Source of the DNA: Candidatus Heimdallarchaeota archaeon | GTDB taxonomy: Archaea > Asgardarchaeota > Heimdallarchaeia > Heimdallarchaeales > Kariarchaeaceae | Direction of reading: 5' to 3' | Assembly (NCBI GenBank): GCA_027077875.1 | Contig: JALWRB010000478.1 | Location: 1 to 10,967 of the forward strand | DNA length: 10,967 nucleotides | Shown here: piece after piece, positions 1-6,761 of the stretch | Numbering within the stretch: the stretch's first letter is position 1 | How the letters are laid out: the number at the start of each line of letters is the position of its first letter | Program-made: the position numbers and the translations under genes | The notes under the pieces: model-generated | Database searches by the model: none | Seen by the model: only the letters and a program-made list of their open reading frames with translations | Told to the model about the DNA's origin: nothing

Positions 1-204
1 ATCAAGGGAATAGCCAAGAGCCACGAGGCATGGGTCATTCAGCGTATAGGTTTCACTGACTTCTGCATCCTTGCCCGATGTGTGTTCAACCCCGAGGACA
101 GGGACTACATAATTACGACAATCGAGGCAGCAGCGAATGAACTCCAGTCGGGAATCTTCGAGAAATTAGAGCAGGGTATACTAGAGAAGGAATCCAGGAT
201 ATAG
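1..204 (+). CDS. C-terminal fragment of a hypothetical protein (5' end lies outside the window)
   Basis: Frame 1 is open from nt 1 to TAG at 202-204 (67 codons: IKGIAKSHEAWVIQRIGFTDFCILARCVFNPEDRDYIITTIEAAANELQSGIFEKLEQGILEKESRI). The ORF track omits it because there is no start codon inside the window. The composition looks protein-like and I do not recognise a family. It ends 80 nt before the nucleotidyltransferase gene on the same strand. Confidence 0.35.
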   Translation: MKGIAKSHEAWVIQRIGFTDFCILARCVFNPEDRDYIITTIEAAANELQSGIFEKLEQGILEKESRI

Positions 205-284
205 CAATATCCTTCCAACTCCTAAAAATATCCTCATAATAATGCGAGAGGAAGCTATTTAATCATAGTCATTAGCTCCTCACT

Positions 285-1019
285 GTGGAACTCAGTGACC
301 TCCCTTCAAAGGTACAGTCGGTTGTACAGAAGTTCGTGAATCGTGCCATCGAGAGATTTCATCCCCTGGGTATAATTCTGGTGGGATCATTTACCAAAGA
401 TTACCATGGCCCCAATTCTGACGTCGACATCTACATCGTTGTTCCTGATCAGGATTGGCGAATAAGGGGAAATACATGGCTTGATGGAATCGAGTTGGAA
501 TACTTTGTCAACCCTGTCAGACAAATCGAAGCATACATGGAGCACGAGGACGGGTTCCGTCCAATCACCGCAGATATGCTGGCCACGGGCATCGTTCTCG
601 AAAAATTCGATCCGGTCATCGATGAATTAATCAACGAAGCCAAGCGACGTCTGAGTAGACCATTGCCCGAACTCTCTGGTGTAGATCTGGAACTAGTCAG
701 GTACTCGATTGACGATCTGAAGAAAGACCTCATGGACCTCAGTGACACAACATCCAGCTATGCCTATCAGCAGACATTATGGAAAGGAATTGAGGTTGCC
801 ACGCAAGCAATTCTCCGCCACCATAGAACCTATGCCGAGCGGTTGAAGATCCGTCGGCAACAGCTCAGAAAGCTTGATCCCAAATTTGTGGATCTACTGG
901 ACAAAATATCTGCAGAACCACTGTCGGTAGATGCAGCGATTAGGTTGATTGAGCATGTGGAGGAAATTATTGGGAGAAGGCCTGAAGAGTGGGAGCTGAG
1001 GTCTGAGCTAAAACTATAG
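285..1019 (+). CDS. Pol-beta-superfamily nucleotidyltransferase, KNTase-like (N-terminal minimal NTase domain plus C-terminal helical, possibly HEPN-like, domain)
   Basis: GTG start immediately after an in-frame TAG. The N-terminus carries the canonical minimal-NTase signature LGIILVGSFTKDYHGPNSDVDIYIVV (hG[GS]-x10-DhDh). The 244-aa length and the ~130-aa helical C-terminal half match kanamycin-nucleotidyltransferase-type architecture. A TATA-like TATTTAAT lies ~27 nt upstream. Confidence 0.7.
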   Translation: MELSDLPSKVQSVVQKFVNRAIERFHPLGIILVGSFTKDYHGPNSDVDIYIVVPDQDWRIRGNTWLDGIELEYFVNPVRQIEAYMEHEDGFRPITADMLATGIVLEKFDPVIDELINEAKRRLSRPLPELSGVDLELVRYSIDDLKKDLMDLSDTTSSYAYQQTLWKGIEVATQAILRHHRTYAERLKIRRQQLRKLDPKFVDLLDKISAEPLSVDAAIRLIEHVEEIIGRRPEEWELRSELKL

Positions 1020-1341
1020 CCCCAAATCCACAATTATTAACTTCTGAGGGCATTGAACTGCCTTCTCACATAATGATAGCGCACTAATGATACGTGATAG
1101 TCTGGATTCCAAAACAATCATACATCAACGATATAGCGTAAAGATTTGAGCCCATTTATACAAATTTTCAAAAAAGGATACATGTCCCCCAAAATTCATT
1201 AGCTGGGCAAACCTTCCCTGAAGATCAAAATTCATTTTTAAACAAAATTATTGTCCGATCTGTTCATTGGTAGGAAATATTGAAGTAAATGCTATTTAAT
1301 GCTAAATATTTCTTCAATTATATCGAAAGCGCGGTAAAATT

Positions 1342-1349
1342 TTATATAC
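1342..1349 (+). promoter_or_regulatory. TATA box (TTTATATA) upstream of the NfeD-like gene
   Basis: AT-rich archaeal TATA consensus ~35-40 nt upstream of ATG 1384. It implies a short leader. Confidence 0.3.
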
Positions 1350-1383
1350 GACCACTGCCAGAAGTGTATTAACCATCTCTCGA

Positions 1384-2082
1384 ATGGTTGGCATGATTGA
1401 TATGGAAACATACATACTTCTAGCACTCCTCGGAGCCTTTCTCATCCTGTCAAAAGACGTTCTGGATATAGATCTGCTCGGAGGGTACAACATCTCCTCC
1501 GTCATTGCCTCGGCAATATTCATGTGGGGGGTTGTAGGCTTGTTCGGTGTGCCAGAGCCCTACGCGGGTCTAATAGGTGGACTCGTATTCGGCCTCTTGA
1601 CACACATCTTCCTCTCAGCTGTAATCGTTCAAACAGACATCGAAAAGGAATACACTGGGAAGTACGGAAAAGTAAACATGGAGATCGACCCCGACAGCAA
1701 GGGAAAGATAAAGGTCGTCACAGACAAGACCGTCGAATTCTTCATCGCTACAAATGCAGAACCTATCTCAAAACCCCTGAAACAGGGAACACCTGTGCAG
1801 ATCGTCGAGTTCGACGGAATCGTCGCCAAGGTCAGACCCGTCGACAGGATGAGAGAAAACGTTCATGTAAAATCCAGCTACGGACTACTCGGAAGCATAT
1901 ACCTATTCCTCAAGAACATCTCAAGGAAGGATCTTCCTACATGTGAGATATGCTACCACACGGTCGAAAAGAAGTCGCAGATTAAGACATGTCCCCATTG
2001 TGAAGCAACATTTCACGCTACGCACTGGAAGCAGTGGATTGAGATCAATCAGTACTGCCCAATCTGCCGAGAGAACATTTAG
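1384..2082 (+). CDS. NfeD-family membrane protein (YuaF-like: N-terminal TM helices plus OB-fold NfeD domain) with a C-terminal RING-H2-like zinc finger
   Basis: Three hydrophobic helices (ILLALLGAFLIL, VIASAIFMWGVVGLFGV, LIGGLVFGLLTHIFLSAVIV). A beta-rich NfeD-type segment follows (GKVNMEIDPDSKGKIKVVTDKTVEFFIATNAEPISKPLKQGTPVQIVEFDGIVAKVRPV). The C-terminus is CEICYHTVEKKSQIKTCPHCEATFHATHWKQWIEINQYCPICREN. It lies immediately upstream of a flotillin gene, the classical NfeD-SPFH pairing. Confidence 0.7.
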   Translation: MVGMIDMETYILLALLGAFLILSKDVLDIDLLGGYNISSVIASAIFMWGVVGLFGVPEPYAGLIGGLVFGLLTHIFLSAVIVQTDIEKEYTGKYGKVNMEIDPDSKGKIKVVTDKTVEFFIATNAEPISKPLKQGTPVQIVEFDGIVAKVRPVDRMRENVHVKSSYGLLGSIYLFLKNISRKDLPTCEICYHTVEKKSQIKTCPHCEATFHATHWKQWIEINQYCPICRENI

Positions 2083-2093
2083 GATGTGAAAAT

Positions 2094-3392
2094 ATGGCAT
2101 CAGCAAACAAACTAATAATATTTACACTATTGGCAGGCGCAGCCACTGGTATCTACGTGGGAATAACCACAGGAAGTGTCACAGGAGGAATATTCGTCTT
2201 CCTCATATTTGTAGGAGTCCTCGTATTCCTCATGACTACCGTGTACAACGTCGTCAGCTCAGAAGAGATACACGTAATCGCCTTCGGCGGAAAAGAAAGC
2301 CAGTACAGAGGCGGTGACTCATACTTCTACATACCAAAAGTAATGAAGAGAAATAAGGTCAAAAGAACTGTCATCGAAATAGCCGTACCAAGAATTAAAC
2401 TACTCGACAGAGATAACCTCCCTTTCGGAGTCGAAATATCTTGCAAAGTACAGATCTCAGACGCTATCATCGCTACTAGATCCCTCGGAAAAGCAACAAA
2501 GAAGGAAATAATCCCAATCGTCGATGACACAATACAGTCAGCCTCAAGATCAGAGGCCATGAAACAAGTACTTCCAATCATTATGCGGGAACGTGATGAA
2601 ATGGAGAAGGCTATCAACAAATCGACATCTGAGACGCTTGCAAGGGTCGGTATCGAGGTTGTGCTCTTCGACATCAAGAACATCATCGACATAGACGGCT
2701 ACACGGTTATTGCAGACATGGAGCGTGTGAAGTCTGCAGAGCTGAATAAGATAGCGAGGATAGCCGAGGCTAATCAGAATGCTGAGGCCGAGATCGTGGA
2801 GGCTGAGCGTCGTTCTGAGGCTGAGGTCAAGCGTCAGGAGGCATTGCAGCGAGCGGAGACTGCGAGACTTACTCAGCAGCAGTTGATAGCCGAGCAGAAG
2901 AAGCAGCTGACGCTCAAGGAGATGGACGTACTTAACGCCGAGACGCGTAGGCAGGCGGAGATCGAGGCTCAGCGGATAGCGATTGCAGCGGATGCGGATG
3001 CTGAAAAGCAGCGTAAGATCGCGCAGGGAGACGCCGACTCCAATATTATCCGAGCGAAGGCAGAAGCTGAGGCAGCGAGGACGAGAGCTGGTGCCGAGGC
3101 TGACGCCATCCGCATGCGACTGGAGGCTGAGGCCGAGGGTACCCGCAGCCTCGCAGAAGCATTGAAGCAGTTCAACGAGTCGGGTATCATGGTAAAGATC
3201 AACGAGATCCGAGCTGAGGCGCAGAAGGAGGTCGCGTCGTCGATAGCTCGTGGCATCCAGAACAACTCTAAGCTGATCCTCCCCGCGACGGGCGGTCTTG
3301 GTGGAATCTTCTCCGAGATGGTCACTGGGATCAGCGCCATGAAGGAGGCCGGTGTCTCACTGGGTGACGTGCTGGAGAAGTCAAAGAAGTGA
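2094..3392 (+). CDS. Flotillin-like SPFH/band-7 membrane protein (FloT/YuaG-like) with a long Ala/Glu-rich coiled coil
   Basis: N-terminal TM segment, an SPFH domain (IHVIAFGGKESQYRGGDSYFYIPKV...VVLFDIKNIIDIDGYTVIADMERV), then about 200 aa of AEAE/EAEA repeats typical of flotillin C-termini. It starts 12 nt after the NfeD-like gene, probably in one operon. Confidence 0.8.
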   Translation: MASANKLIIFTLLAGAATGIYVGITTGSVTGGIFVFLIFVGVLVFLMTTVYNVVSSEEIHVIAFGGKESQYRGGDSYFYIPKVMKRNKVKRTVIEIAVPRIKLLDRDNLPFGVEISCKVQISDAIIATRSLGKATKKEIIPIVDDTIQSASRSEAMKQVLPIIMRERDEMEKAINKSTSETLARVGIEVVLFDIKNIIDIDGYTVIADMERVKSAELNKIARIAEANQNAEAEIVEAERRSEAEVKRQEALQRAETARLTQQQLIAEQKKQLTLKEMDVLNAETRRQAEIEAQRIAIAADADAEKQRKIAQGDADSNIIRAKAEAEAARTRAGAEADAIRMRLEAEAEGTRSLAEALKQFNESGIMVKINEIRAEAQKEVASSIARGIQNNSKLILPATGGLGGIFSEMVTGISAMKEAGVSLGDVLEKSKK

Positions 3393-3610
3393 TAATTCTT
3401 CGTGACAACTGAGTAAAATTCTCATTCCAGATTAATTTTAACCAAATTCTTGAAACTTATCAGCAACAGATTACCTACAATATATTTTTCTACAATTACC
3501 GTGAAGATATCCTGTAAATACAGTTGTACGATTAGGATAAATGGGCTCTTCTGCATCTGTCTCTTAGTTCTGCCCAATATGTTTCAGTTTGTAAAAGGGG
3601 GGGTCAAGGC

Positions 3611-4162
3611 CTATTTTTTCATCTTGTCTAGGAGAGCTTGGCTAACACCTTGGAAGCACTCCTCAATGTTCTCACCAGTCTTTGCACTGGTCTCGAAATA
3701 CTCGATCCACTCGGTATCGAGTTCATTCTCCTCACGTAGCTTGGTAATGTACTCCATCACCTCATCCCGTGAGACCTCACGGGTCTGGAGGTCATTCTTG
3801 TTCCCGATAATCGCGATGGGTAGGTACTTGGACTGTCTTCCTTCCCAGAGTTGCTTGAACCAGTAGTCCAACTTGTCGAAGGTGTCCCTCCTTGTGATGT
3901 CAAACACCATCATGGCGCTGCTTGCGCCCTTGAAGAAACGCTGTCTTAGATTTGAGAATCCTTCCTGTCCAGCTAAGTCCCAGATCTGTAGTTCCATGGT
4001 CGTCTGGTCATCAATTTTTACTCTTTTAACGGCAAAATCTGCACCGAGTGTGGAGAGGTGATCTTTTAGAAAGCTGTCACCGAAGTATGACCTCCGTATC
4101 GACGTCTTTCCCACTCTTGTTTCCCCACAAAGTACAAGTTTTGAAACAATACGACGCATCAT
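3611..4162 (-). CDS. Ras-superfamily small GTPase, Rab-like
   Basis: All five G boxes are present: G1 GETRVGKT; switch I TLGADF (compare Rab TIGVDF); G3 WDLAGQE (compare WDTAGQE); G4 GNKND; G5 ETSAK. The 183-aa length and overall spacing are Rab-like, and there is no C-terminal Cys prenylation motif. Confidence 0.85.
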   Translation of the reverse strand: MMRRIVSKLVLCGETRVGKTSIRRSYFGDSFLKDHLSTLGADFAVKRVKIDDQTTMELQIWDLAGQEGFSNLRQRFFKGASSAMMVFDITRRDTFDKLDYWFKQLWEGRQSKYLPIAIIGNKNDLQTREVSRDEVMEYITKLREENELDTEWIEYFETSAKTGENIEECFQGVSQALLDKMKK

Positions 4163-4190
4163 TAAGTATTCTCAATGGACATATCTTTTG

Positions 4191-4200
4191 ATATTATAAA
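4191..4200 (-). promoter_or_regulatory. TATA box (TTTATAATAT on the minus strand) for the GTPase gene
   Basis: It sits about 30 nt upstream of ATG (4162), which implies a near-leaderless transcript. Confidence 0.35.
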
Positions 4201-4255
4201 GCTGTTACGAATTGAAGTGTTCAGAATGTCGTTTAGATCGAAGTTTTTTAATCGG

Positions 4256-4687
4256 TTAATGTGACGGGATTCTGAGGTGGTGGGGGCAGAATACGGGGAC
4301 ATCAAGCCTTTTGCAGAGAGTTGTGATGAGGTTGTCTGAGACGTGGAGCACCATGTTCATGGCCTCTGCGGAAGCGTCGTCCAGTTTCATCTCAAGGTCA
4401 GAGTAGAGAAAAGTTTCCAGTACCTTCCACCGATGCTGTAGGGAGTCGAGGATAATCTCCCCATCCTTGCTGGGGAAAAAACCCTGTCCCTTGTCATTTA
4501 CAAGTACTCCCTTCTTCTCCAATTGCTTCTGCAACGCGTAGGCCCTCGGTCGGCTGACGCCGAGCACCTTTGATATCTCGGATGCTCCTACGACCAGTGG
4601 TTTGCGGGCCATCCTTCGTCTGAGATAGACCGAGAGACACTCCCTCTCGACGATGGTGAATCTCAGGTTCACGAACTGGTGGTCCAT
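4256..4687 (-). CDS. DtxR/MntR-family metal-dependent transcriptional regulator
   Basis: N-terminal winged HTH (ASEISKVLGVSRPRAYALQKQLEKKGVL). The metal-binding/dimerisation region has the family pattern HRWKVLETFL...ASAEAMNMVLHVSDNLITTLCKRL...CPHH (compare MntR/DtxR HRxxExFL...E..H.S......L......CPHG). At 143 aa it is MntR-sized. Confidence 0.7.
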   Translation of the reverse strand: MDHQFVNLRFTIVERECLSVYLRRRMARKPLVVGASEISKVLGVSRPRAYALQKQLEKKGVLVNDKGQGFFPSKDGEIILDSLQHRWKVLETFLYSDLEMKLDDASAEAMNMVLHVSDNLITTLCKRLDVPVFCPHHLRIPSH

Positions 4688-4764
4688 TATGAAATAAATT
4701 GTCCCCCACCATTAAGAACCTGTGCTTGAAGCAATACTGTTTTGTCAAGGTTCTAGAATGAGAT

Positions 4765-4772
4765 TAATATAC
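4765..4772 (+). promoter_or_regulatory. TATA box (TTAATATA) for purA. The transcript is predicted to be leaderless
   Basis: Its centre is ~26 nt upstream of the GTG start at 4793. It sits in the divergent region shared with the DtxR-like gene. Confidence 0.4.
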
Positions 4773-4792
4773 CAGAATCTCCTTCCTAACTT

Positions 4793-5791
4793 GTGCCCGT
4801 AACAATAATTTGTGGTGGACAATTTGGTGACGAGGGCAAGGGAAAGATCGTCTCATACCTTGCTCAAAACACCAAGATCGATGCGTTCGCACGAGCAGGT
4901 ACCGGACCCAATGCCGGTCACACCGTCGTCGTGGACGGGAAGACGTACAAGCTCCAACTGGTTCCTAGCGGTTTCTTCAACGAGGAGTCTGTCTCGTATA
5001 TCGGTGCTGGTATGCTGATCAATCCCGATATCTTCCTCAAGGAAGTGGAGGTCACGAGTCTCGAGGGCAGAATCTTCGTAGATAGGCATACAGGTGTCAT
5101 CGAGCAGGATCACATTGACCGAGACCGGGGCTCCCAGCATCTCCGTGAGGTCGTCGGATCCACTGGTACAGGCTGCGGTCCTGCGAACGAAGACCGGGCA
5201 AAGCGGGTGCTAAAATTGGCCAAGGACATTCCCGAACTCAGCAAGTACATCTGCAATGTCAGTGACGAGGTGAACGACATCATCGACAGGGGGGGTACTG
5301 TGATCATCGAGGGCTCTCAGGCGACATTCCTCAGTCTTCTGCACGGAACCTACCCGTTCGTCACCTCGAAGGACGTCACTGCATCCACCTTCGCAGCGGA
5401 CATAGGTGTGGGGCCCACGAGGATCGACGAGGTGATTGTCGTCCTCAAGGCATATGTCACGAGGGTCGGGACAGGTCCACTGGAGGGGGAGCTAGAACCT
5501 GAAGAGATAAAGAAGCGAGGGTGGCAGGAGTACGGGACAGTGACCGGGAGACTGAGGAGGGCAGCGCCCTTTGACTTCGAGCTCGCCCGGAAAGCCGTCA
5601 GGCTCAATGGGGCCACATCTATAGCCCTTACCAAGATAGACCTGCTCTATCCTGAGCTAGAGGGAGTGCAAGAGGTCTCTAAGGTACCCCCTGCAGCAAT
5701 GGAATTCATCCAGAAGATTGAGGACACCTGTGGAGTACCGGTCAAGTACATCTCCACCGGACCGAATGCCAAGGACATGATCGTTAGATAA
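4793..5791 (+). CDS. purA: Adenylosuccinate synthetase (short archaeal form)
   Basis: N-terminal P-loop VTIICGGQFGDEGKGKIVSY (GxQxGDEGKGK), with GTGPNAGHT and TGTGCGPA motifs and a KIDLL-type C-terminal region. At 332 aa it has the archaeal length. A GTG start directly follows an in-frame TAA. Confidence 0.9.
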   Translation: MPVTIICGGQFGDEGKGKIVSYLAQNTKIDAFARAGTGPNAGHTVVVDGKTYKLQLVPSGFFNEESVSYIGAGMLINPDIFLKEVEVTSLEGRIFVDRHTGVIEQDHIDRDRGSQHLREVVGSTGTGCGPANEDRAKRVLKLAKDIPELSKYICNVSDEVNDIIDRGGTVIIEGSQATFLSLLHGTYPFVTSKDVTASTFAADIGVGPTRIDEVIVVLKAYVTRVGTGPLEGELEPEEIKKRGWQEYGTVTGRLRRAAPFDFELARKAVRLNGATSIALTKIDLLYPELEGVQEVSKVPPAAMEFIQKIEDTCGVPVKYISTGPNAKDMIVR

Positions 5792-5810
5792 GTATGTCAG
5801 TGAGTTATCT

Positions 5811-5818
5811 TTTTTATA
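5811..5818 (+). promoter_or_regulatory. T-rich TATA-like element (TTTTTATA). It may serve as an oligo-T terminator for purA and as the promoter of the PAC2-like gene
   Basis: A T6 tract lies 20 nt after the purA stop. It is ~26 nt upstream of TTG 5841 and ~46 nt upstream of ATG 5862. Confidence 0.3.
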
Positions 5819-5840
5819 CTGCGCCCATGACGTCGCCTTA

Positions 5841-6560
5841 TTGAGCATTCAATTCATTCAGATGGGAGAGTTCACCTTCACGGACCAGATTGTCATACAG
5901 GCCTTCTCGGGCAGTGGTCTGGTCTCCGTTATCGCCTCCAAGCACCTTGTCACAGAGCTGGGACTCCACGAGGTGGGATATCTAGACTCCGATCTTATGC
6001 CTTCACTCGCCATAGTTGACGGGGGATATGTCAGGTATCCTGTACAGGTCTATGCCAATTCGGAGTACCTGCTGATCCTGAATCATGGCAGTATCCCGCA
6101 GAAAAGGCTTAAACAGTTTATCAGGGAGCTATATACATGGTACGACAGCATAGGGGTCAAGTCTATCCGAATCCTCGGAGGACTCCCGACAGGGAGGGAT
6201 CACACCGTCCTGACGACAAAGGTGGAGGTCGTCTGCAGCGACGAAGTGACGAGAGGTGAGCTGAAGTTCCTCGGTGTTGAACCGATGGAGAGCGGGTACG
6301 TCTTCGGCTCAATCGCTACCTCACTGCTTGAAGCACAGGGCCGCAAGACCCCTGCCATTGCCATCCTCTCAGACTGCATCCCGTCCATCCCTGATTTTGT
6401 CGCTGCTCAGGAAGTCATCAAGATGTTCTCCAGGGTCGAGGGCTTGTCCATTGATCTCGGCTACCTCCAGCTCAGATCAAATGAATTGCGCGACAAGCTC
6501 ATCAGTGAAAACTACGACGACTATGACGAGGATCCCGACAGGTTCTCGGGATTCAGGTAG
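5841..6560 (+). CDS. PAC2-family (COG1938-like) proteasome assembly chaperone-like protein with an acidic C-terminal tail
   Basis: Both the length (232-239 aa) and the motif layout resemble archaeal PAC2/PbaA-B proteins (FSGSGLVSVIASKHLVTELGL ... ILGGLPTG ... ESGYVFGSIATSLLEAQG). The C-terminus is ENYDDYDEDPDRFSGFR. The true start is probably ATG 5862 (MGEFTF...) rather than TTG 5841. The family assignment is made by eye only. Confidence 0.45.
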   Translation: MSIQFIQMGEFTFTDQIVIQAFSGSGLVSVIASKHLVTELGLHEVGYLDSDLMPSLAIVDGGYVRYPVQVYANSEYLLILNHGSIPQKRLKQFIRELYTWYDSIGVKSIRILGGLPTGRDHTVLTTKVEVVCSDEVTRGELKFLGVEPMESGYVFGSIATSLLEAQGRKTPAIAILSDCIPSIPDFVAAQEVIKMFSRVEGLSIDLGYLQLRSNELRDKLISENYDDYDEDPDRFSGFR

Positions 6561-6597
6561 CTCCATAATCTGATTAGAAAAATCTGGCAGGATTTCT

Positions 6598-6740
6598 GAC
6601 TGATTAATTTGACTGGAATATCCTTCTGAAATATCTGACTGGTTCATCCGACGGGAATGTCCGACTGGAATATCTAACTGAAATATCCGATTGGGCTACC
6701 ATACTGGTTATTCCGACTGGAAAAGGGATTGGAAAATAAG
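6598..6740. repeat. Array of about 11 tandem degenerate 13-bp repeats (consensus GACTGGAATATCC)
   Basis: Units fall at 6598, 6611, 6624, 6637, 6650 and 6663 (strict 13-bp period), then 6678, 6689, 6703, 6715 and 6727. They read GACTGATTAATTT, GACTGGAATATCC, TTCTGAAATATCT, GACTGGTTCATCC, GACGGGAATGTCC, GACTGGAATATCT and so on. The array starts ~40 nt after the PAC2-like stop. Confidence 0.75.
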
Positions 6741-6761
6741 TAGAGATGAACTCTTCAGGTT

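Noticed and set aside
449-1033. Minus-strand ORFs 449..748 and 830..1033 overlapping the nucleotidyltransferase gene
   Set aside because: Antisense to a well-supported CDS. They are Ser/Arg-rich and low-complexity with no motifs, which is typical of shadow ORFs.
1071-1110. C/D-box-like strings (TAATGATAGC...TAATGATAC...GTGATAG...TCTGGA) in the 1020-1383 spacer, and ATGATG-N7-CATCAT at 7075-7093
   Set aside because: The boxes are TGATAG or TGATAC rather than the canonical RUGAUGA, and no properly spaced CUGA D or D' boxes exist. The 7075 element is a perfect Watson-Crick hairpin, not a kink-turn.
1524-1946. Arg-rich 140-aa plus-strand ORF overlapping the NfeD-like gene in another frame, plus minus-strand ORFs 1629..1829 and 1921..2106
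   Set aside because: They overlap a gene with clear TM and NfeD features. The extreme Arg/His composition indicates an alternative-frame artefact.
2327-3340. Minus-strand ORFs 2327..2692 and 2969..3340 and plus-strand ORF 2983..3165 inside the flotillin gene
   Set aside because: The Ala/Ser-rich antisense or off-frame translation of the GAG/GCT-repeat coiled-coil region is an artefact of the repetitive EA-coding DNA.
3597-3603. G7 homopolymer (C7 on the minus strand followed by TTTT) just downstream of the GTPase stop
   Set aside because: It could contribute to a C-rich/oligo-T archaeal terminator, but it is too short and ambiguous to call. It is noted only as a potential slippage or sequencing-error hotspot.
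3450-3866. 138-aa plus-strand ORF spanning the flotillin/GTPase intergenic region and the antisense strand of the GTPase
   Set aside because: It is mostly antisense to the strongly supported Rab-like GTPase and has no motifs. Its first part lies in AT-rich intergenic sequence.
4494-5634. Assorted overlapping or antisense ORFs within the DtxR-like gene and purA (4494..4748, 4812..5018, 4853..5140, 4918..5100, 5110..5307, 5350..5634, 5657..5848)
   Set aside because: All overlap high-confidence CDSs in other frames or on the opposite strand. None has recognisable motifs.
6598-6740. Whether the 13-bp repeat array is a CRISPR array or an oriC ORB cluster
   Set aside because: The units are contiguous with no unique spacers and are far shorter than CRISPR repeats. 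They are direct rather than dyad-symmetric, and no cdc6/orc1 gene is nearby. Only TGGAA is shared with mini-ORB.
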